Below the pieces are notes generated by a model. It saw only the letters and a list, made by a program, of their open reading frames with translations, did no database searches and was not told where the DNA came from. Below are positions 28,156 through 37,102 of a stretch of 38,196 nt of DNA, piece after piece; the stretch's first letter is position 1, and every line of letters begins with the position of its first letter. The DNA is from an uncultured Burkholderiaceae bacterium. GTDB taxonomy: Bacteria > Pseudomonadota > Gammaproteobacteria > Burkholderiales > Burkholderiaceae_B. Made by a program: the position numbers and the translations under genes. The stretch lies in contig CAZPYF010000002.1 of the NCBI GenBank assembly GCA_964590015.1, positions 1 through 38,196 of the forward strand, in the 5' to 3' direction.

Positions 28156-29138
28156 AAGCCTTCCGGCGTGCCGCGCCCGTCGCGTTCCAGCGCGACGGAC
28201 GGCCCCCACGCCTCATCCGCCAGCTCGATAATCTGCCTAACCGCATCAGCGGCCAGACAATCCACGATTTTCCGAGCTGGGTCGGAACGTAGCCAGGTCA
28301 ACTGCCGTTTGGCCAGCTGGCGGGTGGCCGCCACCGCCTGCTCCACGGCCGTTTCAAGCGTGATGCGGCCGTCCAGGTGATCCCATAGCTGCCGATAGCC
28401 CACGCACCGCACAGATGGCAGGCCGGTGTGCAGATCGCCGCGCTCGTATAAACGGCGAGTCTCTTCAAGCAGGCCCGCTTCCAGCATGGCCTCGTAGCGA
28501 TGAGCGATGCGGGTATGCAGGGCGAGCCGATCGCTCGGCTCCAGGCTCAATGTGACGTAGCGATATGTCGGATCCGGCTCGGGCCGCGCACGCGCCAGCC
28601 AGTGCGACATCGGCATGCCGCTGGCTCGATAGATTTCGATGGCACGTTGCAAACGCTGGCTATCGTTCGGGGCGAGTCTTGCGGCGGTGGCAGGGTCGTA
28701 CTGCTCCAGTTCAGCGTGCATTGCCGGCCAGCCACGCTCCTTGGCCTCTTCATCAATCCGCGCGCGCAGAGCAGGGTCGGCTTCCGGCAATTCGCTGATA
28801 CCCTCGCGCAGCACCTTGTAGTACATGAGCGTTCCGCCACAGATCAGCGGCAGGCGACCACGGCTCACGATGTCGGCGATCAATGCCAGCGCATCGTTGC
28901 GAAACTCGGCGGCGGAATAGGCTTCTGCCGGGTCGCGGATATCAAGAAGATGATGCGGTACCGTGGCCTGCTCGGCCGGCGATGGCTTCGCAGTGCCGAT
29001 GTCCATGCCGCGATAGATGGTGGCGGAATCCATGACAATGATTTCCACCGGCCATCGGGCGGCCAAGGCCAGGCTCGCAGCGCTTTTTCCCGACGCGGTG
29101 GGGCCTGTCAAGCACACGACCGGAAACGGCAGCGTCAT
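28152..29138 (-). CDS. miaA: tRNA dimethylallyltransferase
   Basis: [63 protein letters not shown]. Start MTLP at 29138, 4 nt after the mutL stop. Confidence 0.96.
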   Translation of the reverse strand: MTLPFPVVCLTGPTASGKSAASLALAARWPVEIIVMDSATIYRGMDIGTAKPSPAEQATVPHHLLDIRDPAEAYSAAEFRNDALALIADIVSRGRLPLICGGTLMYYKVLREGISELPEADPALRARIDEEAKERGWPAMHAELEQYDPATAARLAPNDSQRLQRAIEIYRASGMPMSHWLARARPEPDPTYRYVTLSLEPSDRLALHTRIAHRYEAMLEAGLLEETRRLYERGDLHTGLPSVRCVGYRQLWDHLDGRITLETAVEQAVAATRQLAKRQLTWLRSDPARKIVDCLAADAVRQIIELADEAWGPSVALERDGRGTPEGF

Positions 29139-29142
29139 GACG

Positions 29143-31032
29143 TCACTGGCCCCGCATGAACATGCGGTCGAGTTCGCCCATCGACCACTGGAGCCAGGTC
29201 GGCCGGCCGTGATTGCATTGATCGGCGCGTTCCGTACGCTCCATCTCGCGCAGCAACGCATTCATTTCGTCGAGTGTCAGGCGCCGGTTGGCGCGTACCG
29301 AGCCATGGCAGGCCATGGTGGAGAGCAGTTCATTGCGTTGTTCGGTCAGCAGGTTCGATTGGCCTGCCACGGCAAGATCGCGCAATACCCCGCGTGCGAG
29401 CGATTCGATGTCGCCTTGCGCCAGCAATGCCGGAACGGCCCGCACCGCAATGGCAGAAGGGCCGGCCGGTGTGAGCGTAAGCCCCAGTTCTTCAAGGGTT
29501 TCGCGTGATTCTTCGATCAAACCCAGGTCGGCGGGGTCGGCCGCAAACACCACGGGAACCAACAGTTCCTGACGCGGCAGCTCGCGTGCATCCATGGCGT
29601 TCTTCAGGGTCTCGTAAACGACCCGCTCATGGGCGGCATGCATGTCCACCAACACCAGACCCTTGCGGTTCTGCGCGAGAATGTATACGCCGTGCACCTG
29701 CGCAAGCGCTTGCCCCAATGGATGTGGGTCAGGGGTGTCGTCGCTTTGAAACGACTCAGTGCGGGGCTGGCTGATGGCTGCATCGAGTTTGGAAGTGGCA
29801 CCTGTGGCGACGCCGTCTAGCGGTCTGTACAGTGCTTGCCAGGCCCCTGGGTCGGCTTGGCGGTTCGGCAACCCCAAGGCGTACTGACGCGGCGGCATGC
29901 CCGCCGGCCGGAAGGCAAGGTTGCCGACTGCGGGCTCGGCCACACCCGGCTCGGTCGGTACCCACCCGGCCGCTCCACGCCCCGCCGAAGCTGAGTCGGC
30001 AAGGCCGGCAGGTGCGCGGCCCGTGGCAGGTGCGTCGTGCATGCCGGGGGTGCCGGCCAACGCTTCAGCAAGCGTTTGCGACACGAAGCGGTGAATGGCA
30101 CCGCTGTCACGAAAACGCACTTCGTGCTTGGCAGGATGCACGTTGACGTCGACCACCGCCGGATCGACCCCAAGAAACAAAACATACGCCGGATGGCGGT
30201 CGCCGTGCAGCACATCGGCATAGGCTTGACGCACCGCGTGCGTGACGCTGCGGTCTCTGACGTAGCGGCCGTTCACATACAAATATTGGCGGTCGGCACG
30301 GTGTCGGGAATGGGTGGGCCGGGCAATGAGGCCTCGCAAGGAGATGAGCCCATGCTCGCGCTCCACCAGTATGCCCTGCTCGATAAACTCGGCGTCCAGG
30401 ACATCACGCAGGCGCTGGGCCATACCGGCCGCACGCCACTGACGCTGGGGCTTATCGTTGTGGAATAAGCGGAATGCCACGCCCGGATGAGCCAGGGCGA
30501 TCCGTTCGAAGGCGCCCAGACAGTGGCCATATTCGGTGGTTTCCGACCGCAGAAACTTGCGCCGTGCCGGAACGGCGTCGAACAACTGACGAATGTCGAC
30601 GGTGGTACCCGCTGGGCCGGCAGCGGCGCCCACGTCATGTGTGGTGCCGTCGATCTGCCAGGCGTGGTCGGCATCGGGGCAGCGCGAAGTAATCGTTAGC
30701 CGCGCTACCGACGCAATCGATGCCAACGCTTCGCCACGGAAGCCCATGGAAGCCACATGTTCGAGATCGTCGAGCGTGTTGATCTTGCTGGTGGCGTGCC
30801 GGCGCAGTGCGAGCGGCAACTCTTCAGGGGGAATGCCGCCGCCGTCATCGGTGACAGCGATACGCCGAATGCCGCCGCCGTCGAGCCTGACTTCGATCGC
30901 GCGGGCGCCGGCGTCAAGCGCGTTTTCCAGCAGTTCCTTCAGCACCGACGCCGGCCGGTCAATGACTTCACCGGCGGCAATCTGGCTGATCAGCAGGTCG
31001 GGGAGGGGGGAGATCGATCTTCTTTGGGTCAT
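29143..31032 (-). CDS. mutL: DNA mismatch repair protein MutL (endonuclease-proficient type)
   Basis: [56 protein letters not shown]; C-terminal [15 protein letters not shown] and CNHGRP; clamp motif QELLVP. Confidence 0.97.
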   Translation of the reverse strand: MTQRRSISPLPDLLISQIAAGEVIDRPASVLKELLENALDAGARAIEVRLDGGGIRRIAVTDDGGGIPPEELPLALRRHATSKINTLDDLEHVASMGFRGEALASIASVARLTITSRCPDADHAWQIDGTTHDVGAAAGPAGTTVDIRQLFDAVPARRKFLRSETTEYGHCLGAFERIALAHPGVAFRLFHNDKPQRQWRAAGMAQRLRDVLDAEFIEQGILVEREHGLISLRGLIARPTHSRHRADRQYLYVNGRYVRDRSVTHAVRQAYADVLHGDRHPAYVLFLGVDPAVVDVNVHPAKHEVRFRDSGAIHRFVSQTLAEALAGTPGMHDAPATGRAPAGLADSASAGRGAAGWVPTEPGVAEPAVGNLAFRPAGMPPRQYALGLPNRQADPGAWQALYRPLDGVATGATSKLDAAISQPRTESFQSDDTPDPHPLGQALAQVHGVYILAQNRKGLVLVDMHAAHERVVYETLKNAMDARELPRQELLVPVVFAADPADLGLIEESRETLEELGLTLTPAGPSAIAVRAVPALLAQGDIESLARGVLRDLAVAGQSNLLTEQRNELLSTMACHGSVRANRRLTLDEMNALLREMERTERADQCNHGRPTWLQWSMGELDRMFMRGQ

Positions 31033-31091
31033 CCTTCTGCGGGTCGTTCCTGAAATGCGTGGAGCTGACTGCAGATTCTACCCTCAGGCGT

Positions 31092-32483
31092 TCACCCTCG
31101 ACGTGCCAGTGCGGGGCTGTCGCGGAAGTACCCTTGTATGCCCGTCAACATGGCGCGAGCGACCTGGTCTTGATACTTGCCACTACGTAGCAGCTTTTCC
31201 TCGGTGGGATTACTGATGAACGCGGTTTCGACCAAGATCGATGGGATGTCGGGCGCCTTTAGCACTGCAAACCCGGCCCGTTCCACCTGGCGCTTATGCA
31301 GGCGGTTGATCTTGCCGATCTCGCTAAGCACTTTCCCGCCCACGCGAATCGAATCATTAATCTGCGCGGCCGTAGACAGGTCAAGCAAGACTTTCGCTAC
31401 CTGAGCGTTATGCGTGCCAAGATTCACACCGCCCACCAGATCCGCCTCGTTTTCGCGCTTTGCCATGAGGCGCGCCATGGTGCTTGTGGCGCCGGTTTGC
31501 GACAGGGCGTAGACCGACGAGCCTCGCGCAGTGGGTTTGGTCCACGCGTCGGCGTGAACCGAAATGAACAGGTCTGCTTTGACCCGCCGGGCTTTCTGAA
31601 CCCGCACATGCAACGGCACAAAATAGTCGCCGTCGCGCGTCATGTAGGCCTTCATGCCCGGCGTGGAGTCGATCAGTCGCTTGAGGCGGCGGGCAATCGC
31701 CAGAACGATGTCTTTTTCCCGCGTGCCGCCGCGGCCCACGGCACCCGGGTCTTCGCCTCCATGGCCCGGGTCGAGCGCAATGAGAATGTCGCCCCTGCGG
31801 CGCGGACTGGGCGCGGGAGCTGGAGCAGGTGCCGGCTGCGGCGAGGAGGCTCTTCCTTGTGGAGGCGAAGGCAGATCGGGCTTTCGGGCGGTTTGAGGAA
31901 GACTCTGCCCCTGTACGGAGGGAATGGGCGCCTCGTGCGTTTGCTGAGCCAGCTGCTCGAGCACATCGGCGAGCGGATCGGGATCCTTGCTGTCCATAAT
32001 GGCCAGGAGCGGGTCTTGAGCCACCTTGGGATACAGATCGAGCACAAGCCGATACTTGTACTCACCAATCGGCTTCAAGGTGAAGATCTGCGGCGCCACT
32101 GGTTGCTTCAGATCGAGCACCAGACGCACGACATTGGCTCGATTTTGCCCGACACGCACCGTGCCGATGTACGGATCGTTGGGCCGCACCTTTGATACCA
32201 GCTCATTCAGTGTGCTGCTGAGCGTAAGCCCTTCGATGTCGACCACCAGGCGGTCTGGGCCGTCGAGCGTGAAATGTTCCGCCTTCAGCTCCGTGTCCAT
32301 TTCAAGCGTCACGCGCGTGTATTCGTCGGCCGGCCACGTGCGCACGGCGACTATGCTCGCAGCATGGGCGAAGCGGGGAATGACCGGCAGGACGAGCAGC
32401 GTGGTGGCGCCGGCGATCAGCCGTCGTCGGTTGAGGTCGGGGCGGGGGTTACCGGCGTTGGCGGGAATAGAGTCGTCAACCAT
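31092..32483 (-). CDS. amiC: N-acetylmuramoyl-L-alanine amidase with Tat signal and AMIN domain
   Basis: Twin-Arg signal (NRRRLI...AHA), AMIN domain (VRTWPADEYTRVTLE, PDRLVVD), Amidase_3 motifs LDPGHGGEDPGA, EKD, FISVHAD, FAVLKAPDIPSILVETAFISN. Confidence 0.92.
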   Translation of the reverse strand: MVDDSIPANAGNPRPDLNRRRLIAGATTLLVLPVIPRFAHAASIVAVRTWPADEYTRVTLEMDTELKAEHFTLDGPDRLVVDIEGLTLSSTLNELVSKVRPNDPYIGTVRVGQNRANVVRLVLDLKQPVAPQIFTLKPIGEYKYRLVLDLYPKVAQDPLLAIMDSKDPDPLADVLEQLAQQTHEAPIPSVQGQSLPQTARKPDLPSPPQGRASSPQPAPAPAPAPSPRRRGDILIALDPGHGGEDPGAVGRGGTREKDIVLAIARRLKRLIDSTPGMKAYMTRDGDYFVPLHVRVQKARRVKADLFISVHADAWTKPTARGSSVYALSQTGATSTMARLMAKRENEADLVGGVNLGTHNAQVAKVLLDLSTAAQINDSIRVGGKVLSEIGKINRLHKRQVERAGFAVLKAPDIPSILVETAFISNPTEEKLLRSGKYQDQVARAMLTGIQGYFRDSPALARRG

Positions 32484-32962
32484 AGTGATCCTTTAGCGCT
32501 GTGCGCCGTCAGCACAGCGGTGCGCCCTTCGTCTTTGTGTTCGATATGGATATCGAGGTCAGGCGGTGGCAACAGGGTGCCTGCCTGTTCCGGCCATTCG
32601 ATCAGGACGATGGCTTTTTCTTCAAGAATGTCCCGAAAACCTGCGTCCAACCATTCCGCAGAATCGCTAAATCGATAAAAATCAAGGTGATAGAAGTGTA
32701 AGCTAGAAAGATTATAGCTTTCAAGCAAGGCATAGCTAGGACTTTTGATTCTTCCCTGTATCCCGCAAGCCCGTAAGAACGCCCGAACGAAGCTGGTTTT
32801 GCCGGCCCCGAGATCGCCTCTGAGGTGAATACGCCCGCCAGGCAAGAATCCTGGCAGCGCGCCGCATAGCAGCGGCGAGAACGACGCCGCTAACGCCGAA
32901 GTTTGGTCTTCGTCGGCTAATTCCAGCCTAACTTCCGATAATTTATGGTTTTTTAGTGGCAT
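32417..32962 (-). CDS. tsaE: tRNA threonylcarbamoyladenosine biosynthesis ATPase
   Basis: LRGDLGAGKT, IKSPSYALLESY, YHLDFYR, LIEWPE. 3' end overlaps the amiC start by 67 nt. Confidence 0.94.
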   Translation of the reverse strand: MPLKNHKLSEVRLELADEDQTSALAASFSPLLCGALPGFLPGGRIHLRGDLGAGKTSFVRAFLRACGIQGRIKSPSYALLESYNLSSLHFYHLDFYRFSDSAEWLDAGFRDILEEKAIVLIEWPEQAGTLLPPPDLDIHIEHKDEGRTAVLTAHSAKGSLWLTTLFPPTPVTPAPTSTDDG

Positions 32963-32974
32963 GACACGAGTTCC

Positions 32975-33868
32975 TTAATAGGGCGCGAAGTGCAACCACA
33001 GCGGAATGGTGAGTCCGGACAGAATTGTGCTCACCGACATGGTCACCGCCACGCTACGACCGTCACCGCCCATCCGTACCGCCAGAATGTAGGCGGCCGA
33101 CGCGGTGGGCAGGGTGCTGAATAGCAACAACATCTGCTTTTCAAGAACCGACAGCGGAAGCAGCGCGGATATGAGCAGGGCCACCGCCGGCATGGCGACG
33201 AGCCGTACACCGATCATCCAGCCCATCACTTTGGCCGCCGGCCCCAGTCCCTGTAAGGAGATGGTGGCACCGACACAGATCAGGCCCAACGCCAGCGCGC
33301 ACGCCCCAAGGCGCTGCAGCGTGTCCATAGCAAACGCAGGTATCGGCACGCCCGACAGGTTGCAGGCGAGCCCGGCGAAAGTCGCAAGAATGAGGGGATT
33401 GCGTAATAGTTCGCCGCCAATGCGGGTCTTGCCGCGAGCAAGCCCTGATACCGCCGCCACGTTGGCAATCGGCACTGCGCAGCCCACGATCACGGCCATG
33501 ATTGACTGACCGGCCGTGCCGGCCAAGCTCAGTGCTAGGGAAAGCCCGATATAGGTGTTGAAGCGATACGCACATTGTGCGAGCGACGCGTGTATTATGG
33601 GCCGGGGACGAAGCACAGGCACCGCCATCCAGGCCATCGCCACACCGCAGAGCATCAAGGCCGCTGTAGCGCCGATCAATGTCGAAGCCTCGCCGAGGCT
33701 TAGCGGGGCACGTACGATCGAGCTGAAGAGTAGCGCTGGAAAAAGAATGTAGTAGACCAGCTTTTCGGCGGTGCTGAAAAATTCTTCTCGGTATTTGAGA
33801 AGATGCAGCAACGCCCAACCCAGGGCAATAAGTAAAAAATCAGGTAAGACAAGCGCGACGATCGTCAT
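32975..33868 (-). CDS. AEC family (auxin efflux carrier / malate-malonate permease-like) transporter
   Basis: About 10 hydrophobic segments; LVYYILFPALLF, RFNTYIGL, RNPLILAT, LPTASAAYILAVRMGGD. Confidence 0.88.
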   Translation of the reverse strand: MTIVALVLPDFLLIALGWALLHLLKYREEFFSTAEKLVYYILFPALLFSSIVRAPLSLGEASTLIGATAALMLCGVAMAWMAVPVLRPRPIIHASLAQCAYRFNTYIGLSLALSLAGTAGQSIMAVIVGCAVPIANVAAVSGLARGKTRIGGELLRNPLILATFAGLACNLSGVPIPAFAMDTLQRLGACALALGLICVGATISLQGLGPAAKVMGWMIGVRLVAMPAVALLISALLPLSVLEKQMLLLFSTLPTASAAYILAVRMGGDGRSVAVTMSVSTILSGLTIPLWLHFAPY

Positions 33869-33967
33869 TGGAATAAGTGCAAATACCCAGAGGCGACCGG
33901 CAAGCTTAGCTTAAAATGCCACCCCCGGTTCTTCCCAAAAAGAAGGGCATTCGAAAGGAGAGAGTGT

Positions 33968-34960
33968 ATGAAGTTGTTCAGCAGTAGGTTCGCAGCCGTC
34001 GCCTTGGCAGGCAGTCTGGCCGCCGCGTTTTCAGGCCCCGCCGCCTTTGCGGCCGATAACTATCCCGATAAGCCAATACGCGTAATTGTGCCGTTTGCTC
34101 CCGGCGGCTCCACCGATATCGTTGCCCGTATTGTGACGCAGGAAATGAGCCAGATCCTGGGTCAAACCATGGTCGTCGAAAATAAAGGCGGTGCCGGCGG
34201 CGCTATCGGCGCACAAGAAGCCGCGCGTGCAAAACCCGACGGCTACACCTTGTCGATTGCCACGGTTTCCACCATGGCCGTGAACAAGGCATGCCGCCCT
34301 GATGACCTTCCCTACGATCCATTGAAAGACTTCGTTGCGGTCACCAACTTTGCCAATGTGCCCAACGTCATCGAAGTGAATCCCAAGTTCCCAGCGAAGA
34401 ACTTTGACGAGTTCCTGAAGGTTCTGAAAGACAATCCCGGCAAGTATTCGTATGGCAGCTCCGGCACCTGCGGCGTGCTTCACCTGTTTGGTGAAGCCTT
34501 CAAGCTGGCCACAGGCGCTGACGTCATGCACGTGCCATACAAGGGCTCGGGTCCGGCTGTAACCGACGCTGTCGGCGGCCAAATCGAAGTGCTGTTCGAC
34601 AACCTCCCGTCGTCCATGGCACAAATTCAGGCTGGCAATCTTCGCCCCATGGCTATCGCCTGGCATGAGCGCCTCGACGCGCTGAAAGACGTGCCCACGC
34701 TCGCCGAAGTTGGTTATCCGCAGCTGAATCAGCCGGCATGGTACGGTCTGCTCGCCCCCGCCGGCACGCCGCAGCCCATTCTCGACCGTCTGCATGAAGC
34801 GGCGGCCGAAGCACTGAAGAAGCCCAACATCATCGAAGCCTTGGAAAAGCAAGGTGCTGCGCCTTCCGGTAACTCGCCCGCCGAGTTCGCCAAGGAAATT
34901 CAGGTGCAGTATGACTGGGCGCACGATGTGGTGAAGAAGGGCGGTATCAAGCTCGAGTAA
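33968..34960 (+). CDS. Bug/TctC tripartite tricarboxylate transporter substrate-binding protein
   Basis: Signal peptide; YPDKPIRVIVPFAPGGSTDIVAR, VENKGGAGGAIG, PDGYT, HVPYKGSGPA, VPTLAE, WYGLLAPAGTP. Strong SD AAGGAG. No TctA/B genes adjacent. Confidence 0.93.
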   Translation: MKLFSSRFAAVALAGSLAAAFSGPAAFAADNYPDKPIRVIVPFAPGGSTDIVARIVTQEMSQILGQTMVVENKGGAGGAIGAQEAARAKPDGYTLSIATVSTMAVNKACRPDDLPYDPLKDFVAVTNFANVPNVIEVNPKFPAKNFDEFLKVLKDNPGKYSYGSSGTCGVLHLFGEAFKLATGADVMHVPYKGSGPAVTDAVGGQIEVLFDNLPSSMAQIQAGNLRPMAIAWHERLDALKDVPTLAEVGYPQLNQPAWYGLLAPAGTPQPILDRLHEAAAEALKKPNIIEALEKQGAAPSGNSPAEFAKEIQVQYDWAHDVVKKGGIKLE

Positions 34961-34979
34961 ACGCATCTGCTGTATTGCT

Positions 34980-35008
34980 GAAAACGCCGGCCCTGCGCCG
35001 GCGTTTTC
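34980..35008. terminator. Intrinsic terminator after the Bug gene, probably bidirectional
   Basis: GAAAACGCCGGC-cctgc-GCCGGCGTTTTC: 12-bp perfect inverted repeat with A/T tracts, 19 nt after the stop. Confidence 0.8.
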
Positions 35009-35062
35009 GCTACCGAATCCAGCTTAAGACCGCTGCAAAACCAGTATTCATGCGTGCGACGC

Positions 35063-35068
35063 TATAAT
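35063..35068 (+). promoter_or_regulatory. sigma70 -10 box (TATAAT) for tRNA-Arg
   Basis: Perfect TATAAT 16 nt upstream of the mature tRNA 5' end; no convincing -35. Confidence 0.5.
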
Positions 35069-35084
35069 TCTCGGTTGTCTTCCC

Positions 35085-35159
35085 GTCTCCGTAGTTAAAT
35101 GGATATAACTTTCCCCTCCTAAGGGAAGATTGCAGGTTCGATTCCTGCCGGAGACGCCA
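35085..35159 (+). tRNA. tRNA-Arg(CCT)
   Basis: Cloverleaf: acceptor GTCTCCG/CGGAGAC, D-arm GTTA/TAAC, anticodon stem TTCCC/GGGAA with loop CT-CCT-AA, T-arm GCAGG-TTCGATT-CCTGC, discriminator G and encoded CCA. Confidence 0.97.
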
Positions 35160-35172
35160 AGTACACAGCGCA

Positions 35173-35199
35173 TGTCACAAACGATGAGCCTGAATCGTC
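35173..35199 (+). promoter_or_regulatory. ECF41-type promoter TGTCACA-N16-CGTC
   Basis: TGTCACA (35173-35179), 16 nt, CGTC (35196-35199), upstream of the AhpD/CMD-sigJ pair; matches the established ECF41 consensus. Confidence 0.88.
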
Positions 35200-35231
35200 A
35201 TGATGTTTGAACCACTTGAAAAGGATCATTC

Positions 35232-35660
35232 ATGACGAACCCCGCCATCGATCACTACACCACCATACCGAACGTCATTGCCGCGCTTACCAAAGTGCAT
35301 GGGGCCATCGACCACCACGGTCTGGACCGCATGCTGCACCATCTTGTGCAACTTCGAGCATCGCAGCTTAACGGCTGTGCCTACTGCGTGAAAATGCACA
35401 CCAAGGAAGCACGCGCCGACGGAGAGACCAATGAGCGACTCGACCGTCTTGTCGTGTGGGAACTGGTCGACGATTTCTCGCCTGGCGAACGTTCCGCGTT
35501 GGCCTGGACAGAGGCACTCACGCAGCTTGATCGGAAGACCGACTACAGCACCTTGCGCGCAGAGCTGCGGCGCCATTTCAATGACGCACAAATCAGCGCC
35601 CTGACAGCCGCCATTGCCATGATCAATCTATGGAACCGTTTCCAGGTTTCCGCTCACTGA
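35232..35660 (+). CDS. Carboxymuconolactone decarboxylase / AhpD-like protein
   Basis: LVQLRASQLNGCAYCVKMH (CxxC), ERSALAWTEALT, INLWNR. SD AAGGA. Usual partner of ECF41 sigma factors. Confidence 0.9.
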   Translation: MTNPAIDHYTTIPNVIAALTKVHGAIDHHGLDRMLHHLVQLRASQLNGCAYCVKMHTKEARADGETNERLDRLVVWELVDDFSPGERSALAWTEALTQLDRKTDYSTLRAELRRHFNDAQISALTAAIAMINLWNRFQVSAH

Positions 35661-35661
35661 C

Positions 35662-36552
35662 ATGGCGCCGCACGCAACCGATCTGTTCGAAGGCCAGCGC
35701 CCGTTTCTGACGGGCTTGGCCTACCGAATACTGGGGTCTCGTGCAGAGGCCGAAGACGCTGTACAAGACACCTGGCTGAAATGGCGGGAAGCCGACCTTT
35801 CCGAAATTTCGAACCCGGCGGGGTGGCTCACGACCGCCTGCACGCGCCATTGCATTGATGTACTTCGGTCGGCGCGTCGTCAGCGTGTCAATTACGTGGG
35901 TGCCTGGCTTCCCGAGCCGATTCAAACGGTGAATCACAACACCCCTGAAAGTGCGGTGGAGCGTTCTTCGTCGCTTTCGATGGCATTTTTGCTGGTGCTT
36001 GAGCGCCTCGCACCCAAGGAGCGCGCCGCTTTTCTGTTAAGGGAAATCTTCGATCATTCCTACCAGGATGTCGCGGCGGTGTTGGGGGTTCAGGAAGCTG
36101 CCTGCCGCAAGTTGGTGTCGCGCGCGCGTGGGCGCCTGGGTGATAGCGTGCCCGGCACAGAGGTTCCCAGAAAACGGCAGGAGGAGCTGCTGGCGGCCTT
36201 TCAGGCCGCGATCCTCACGGGCGCGACCCAGCAACTTGCAGCGTTGATGACGGAAGACATTCAGCTTCAGACCGACGGCGGCGGCAAGGCGCTGGCGCTG
36301 CCGAAGCCCCTGTTTGGCCAGGGTGACGTGCTGAAGTTCCTGGGCGAGACGCTACACCGTTTCTGGCAGCGCTATAGATGGCAGTGGGTCGACCTCAACG
36401 GAATGCACGGAGCTCTGATATTTGACGACGATCAGGTCGTGGCCTCGGTGAGTCTTGATGTTGACAGCGCCGAACGCATAAGCGGCGTGTACATCATGCG
36501 CAACCCAGATAAGCTGGCACGTCTAGGCAACCCCCTGGAGCCGATCCGATAG
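35662..36552 (+). CDS. sigJ: ECF sigma factor of group ECF41 (SigJ-like) with SnoaL-like C-terminal extension
   Basis: AYRILGSRAEAEDAVQD (sigma2), YVGAWLPEP linker, ERAAFLLREIF (sigma4), C-terminal TDGGGK and RNPDKL: ECF41 signatures. Confidence 0.9.
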   Translation: MAPHATDLFEGQRPFLTGLAYRILGSRAEAEDAVQDTWLKWREADLSEISNPAGWLTTACTRHCIDVLRSARRQRVNYVGAWLPEPIQTVNHNTPESAVERSSSLSMAFLLVLERLAPKERAAFLLREIFDHSYQDVAAVLGVQEAACRKLVSRARGRLGDSVPGTEVPRKRQEELLAAFQAAILTGATQQLAALMTEDIQLQTDGGGKALALPKPLFGQGDVLKFLGETLHRFWQRYRWQWVDLNGMHGALIFDDDQVVASVSLDVDSAERISGVYIMRNPDKLARLGNPLEPIR

Positions 36553-36564
36553 GCCTTACGGCCA

Positions 36565-37059
36565 CTACGATTTCTCGATGGCAACCTCTACCGGCTGCGC
36601 CTCTAATGCTTCGGCCAGCGCCTTGGGGTCGACACTGATTAGATAACCACGACGCCCACCGTTTACGTAGATCGTGTCGAACTCCAGCAGCCCGCGCTCG
36701 ATCCAGACGGGCATTTTGCGGCGTGTGCCGGCGGGGGATGTGCCGCCCACCATATAGCCTGAGTGGCGCTGTGCCACTTCCGGCTTACATGGCTCGATCT
36801 TCTTTGCGCCGATCTGGCGGGCCAGGTTCTTGGTTGATACCTCGCGGTCGCCATGCATGATGATGATCAGCGGATGGCCACGCTCGTCTTCCATGATGAG
36901 TGTTTTTGCCACCCGATGCAGGTCGACGCCTAACTGCCGGGCCGATTCCTTGGCACCGCCGTGTTCCACATATTCGTAGGGATGCTCGCTGAACGAGATG
37001 CCTAGCTTCTTGAGGAGCTGGGTGGCTGGGGTCTCGGAAACGTGCTTTGCTTTGGCCAT
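36565..37059 (-). CDS. ybaK: Cys-tRNA(Pro) deacylase / YbaK family trans-editing protein
   Basis: ETPATQLLK, HPYEY, VAKTL (conserved Lys), SGYMVGGTSP, VNGGRRG. Start MAKAKH at 37059. Confidence 0.88.
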   Translation of the reverse strand: MAKAKHVSETPATQLLKKLGISFSEHPYEYVEHGGAKESARQLGVDLHRVAKTLIMEDERGHPLIIIMHGDREVSTKNLARQIGAKKIEPCKPEVAQRHSGYMVGGTSPAGTRRKMPVWIERGLLEFDTIYVNGGRRGYLISVDPKALAEALEAQPVEVAIEKS

Positions 37060-37102
37060 GGGCGAATCGGTATGGGTTGGCACTGCGTTGCTAGGGTGAG
37101 AT

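Noticed and set aside
29143-29700. MutL endonuclease motifs as a novelty
   Set aside because: Expected in MutH-less bacteria, including Betaproteobacteria.
32417-32483. 67-nt tsaE/amiC overlap as a frameshift or sequencing error
   Set aside because: Both proteins have complete cores. The extra TsaE tail is a short read-through into the amiC signal region.
34031-34966. 311-aa antisense ORF over the Bug gene (likewise 15077..16003, 16870..17601, 31296..32195)
   Set aside because: Shadow ORFs opposite well-supported genes; no domain signatures.
35160-36564. Active tRNA-targeted integrative element
   Set aside because: No integrase and no duplicated tRNA 3' end (attR) found after sigJ. The nearby recombinase is housekeeping XerD.
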